DNA from: Trypanosoma brucei
Lineage: Eukaryota
Assembly (NCBI GenBank): GCA_000002445.1
Contig: CP000067.1
Location: 224,001 to 288,000 of the forward strand
Length of the DNA: 64,000 nt
Direction of reading: 5' to 3'
Part shown: piece after piece, positions 63,034 to 64,000 of the stretch
How the letters are laid out: every line of letters begins with the position of its first letter
Position numbering within the stretch: the first letter of the stretch is position 1
Position numbers and translations under genes: made by a program
Notes under the pieces: model-generated
What the model saw: the letters and a program-made list of their open reading frames with translations, nothing else
Database searches by the model: none
Told to the model about the DNA's origin: nothing

Positions 63034-63068
63034 TATATATATTTATATATATATTTATATATATATAC
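63034..63068. repeat. TA-rich repeat with an 11-nt period.
   Basis: tatatatatttatatatatatttatatatatata, upstream of uL13m. Confidence 0.7.
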
Positions 63069-64000
63069 TTCCTCCTTCCTACCGTTTATAGCACCCGCCT
63101 TGTCGGTTGGGACCGCAGTGCCTCGCAGGAAGGGAGTTTTACCTTCCGCGTTTTCGTTAACTTTAGGCGATTTCATTGCGCACGATAATAATAAAAAGTG
63201 GAAACAAGCAAGAAGTTTGTAGTACGAACCCCTGTGTGTGAAGGGGGGGGAAGCATTCATTTAGAAAAACTTACGAGTGGTGTGGAGAGGAAATTGCTGG
63301 CGCATGTAAAAAAAAACAAAAAACAGATGGGACGCACATTCAACACAAAGCTGTATACAGCGCTCTCGAGGGTTCTCACACAACCTAAGTTTAGAAAACA
63401 AGCAAGCATTTCTCCCCTCCTCCCTCCAATTCGCGTTCCCCCGATTGTTTATTCGACAGCACCTGACGCCTTGCCCTCAAGTGTTCTCCTCTTCAACTCA
63501 TCTCCCCCAACCATTCACCTCCTTCACAGTTATAAGTAAAATGTGTAGGGGAAAAAGTAAAAACCATACAAGTAGTTACCTTCCATTACCTTTAGCTATC
63601 CCTAGTACGTAGCAATTCTCTTTCGTTGTCTCCTTCCTGTTCCCTTCGCTTGTGACCTTCAGCAGACCCTTGGGTTCCCACAAAACAGTCACAAAGGTTG
63701 AAGGTGGAAAGCAAGTGTAAACATCAACATGACAACTCACGCCAAATAAATAAAAAAAACATTTTCCCTCTCTCTTCCCTTCACGTGCGGACCCCCTGAA
63801 AATCAGTCCCCTTCCACACGGCTACTGTGAGAAGCAAACCTCACCGCATATGCCCTCCCCCATTCAAACACATAACTCGGGGGGAAAGGGATATAAGCAG
63901 AAAAGAAAAAAAGAAAAAGGAAGAAATACTCGCGTTAAGGGAAATTTTTGGGGGAAAAAAAAAAGAATAGCAAGGCAACGCCCTCTTCCCTCCTTTTGCC

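Noticed and set aside
1-64000. tRNA, rRNA, snRNA and spliced-leader RNA genes, CRISPR arrays and prokaryotic-style defence islands.
   Set aside because: I scanned for T-loop-like GGTTCGAATCC/TTCGA motifs and repeat-spacer periodicity and found nothing convincing. The sequence is eukaryotic (kinetoplastid), so CRISPR or defence-operon logic does not apply.

Overview
This window is a kinetoplastid nuclear chromosome segment, probably Trypanosoma brucei-like. The evidence is sequence composition: GC-moderate coding sequence, AT-rich intergenic regions with poly-A/T and (TA)n tracts, no introns, and very long single-exon ORFs.

All 27 convincing protein-coding genes are on the minus strand and are densely packed. 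That is the classic structure of one polycistronic transcription unit, read right to left. No strand switch, tRNA, rRNA, CRISPR array or recognisable mobile element was found by eye.

Genes recognised with reasonable support:
- a 13.8-kb dynein heavy chain
- a TPR + J-domain co-chaperone
- Sm D3-like protein
- mitochondrial ribosomal proteins uL14m and uL13m
- a PDK/BCKDK-type mitochondrial kinase
- an FCP1/SCP-like phosphatase
- a triple-Cx9C protein
- a TTC1-like TPR protein
- a SET-domain protein
- a WDR11-like WD40 protein
- a divergent actin-related protein
- a ZZ zinc-finger protein
- serine palmitoyltransferase subunit 1
- inositol-pentakisphosphate 2-kinase
- a HEAT/ARM + PDZ protein running off the left edge
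The remainder are hypothetical.

The most unusual structural feature is a 3.7-kb gene-free tract at 47.3-51.0 kb. It is microsatellite-rich and strand-asymmetric, and lies inside the otherwise co-directional array.

Many longest-ORF N-termini are artefacts, because translating the upstream polypyrimidine tract adds a spurious low-complexity extension. I trimmed those starts to the first methionine after that extension and note this below.

All functional calls come from motif recognition by eye. No database search was run.
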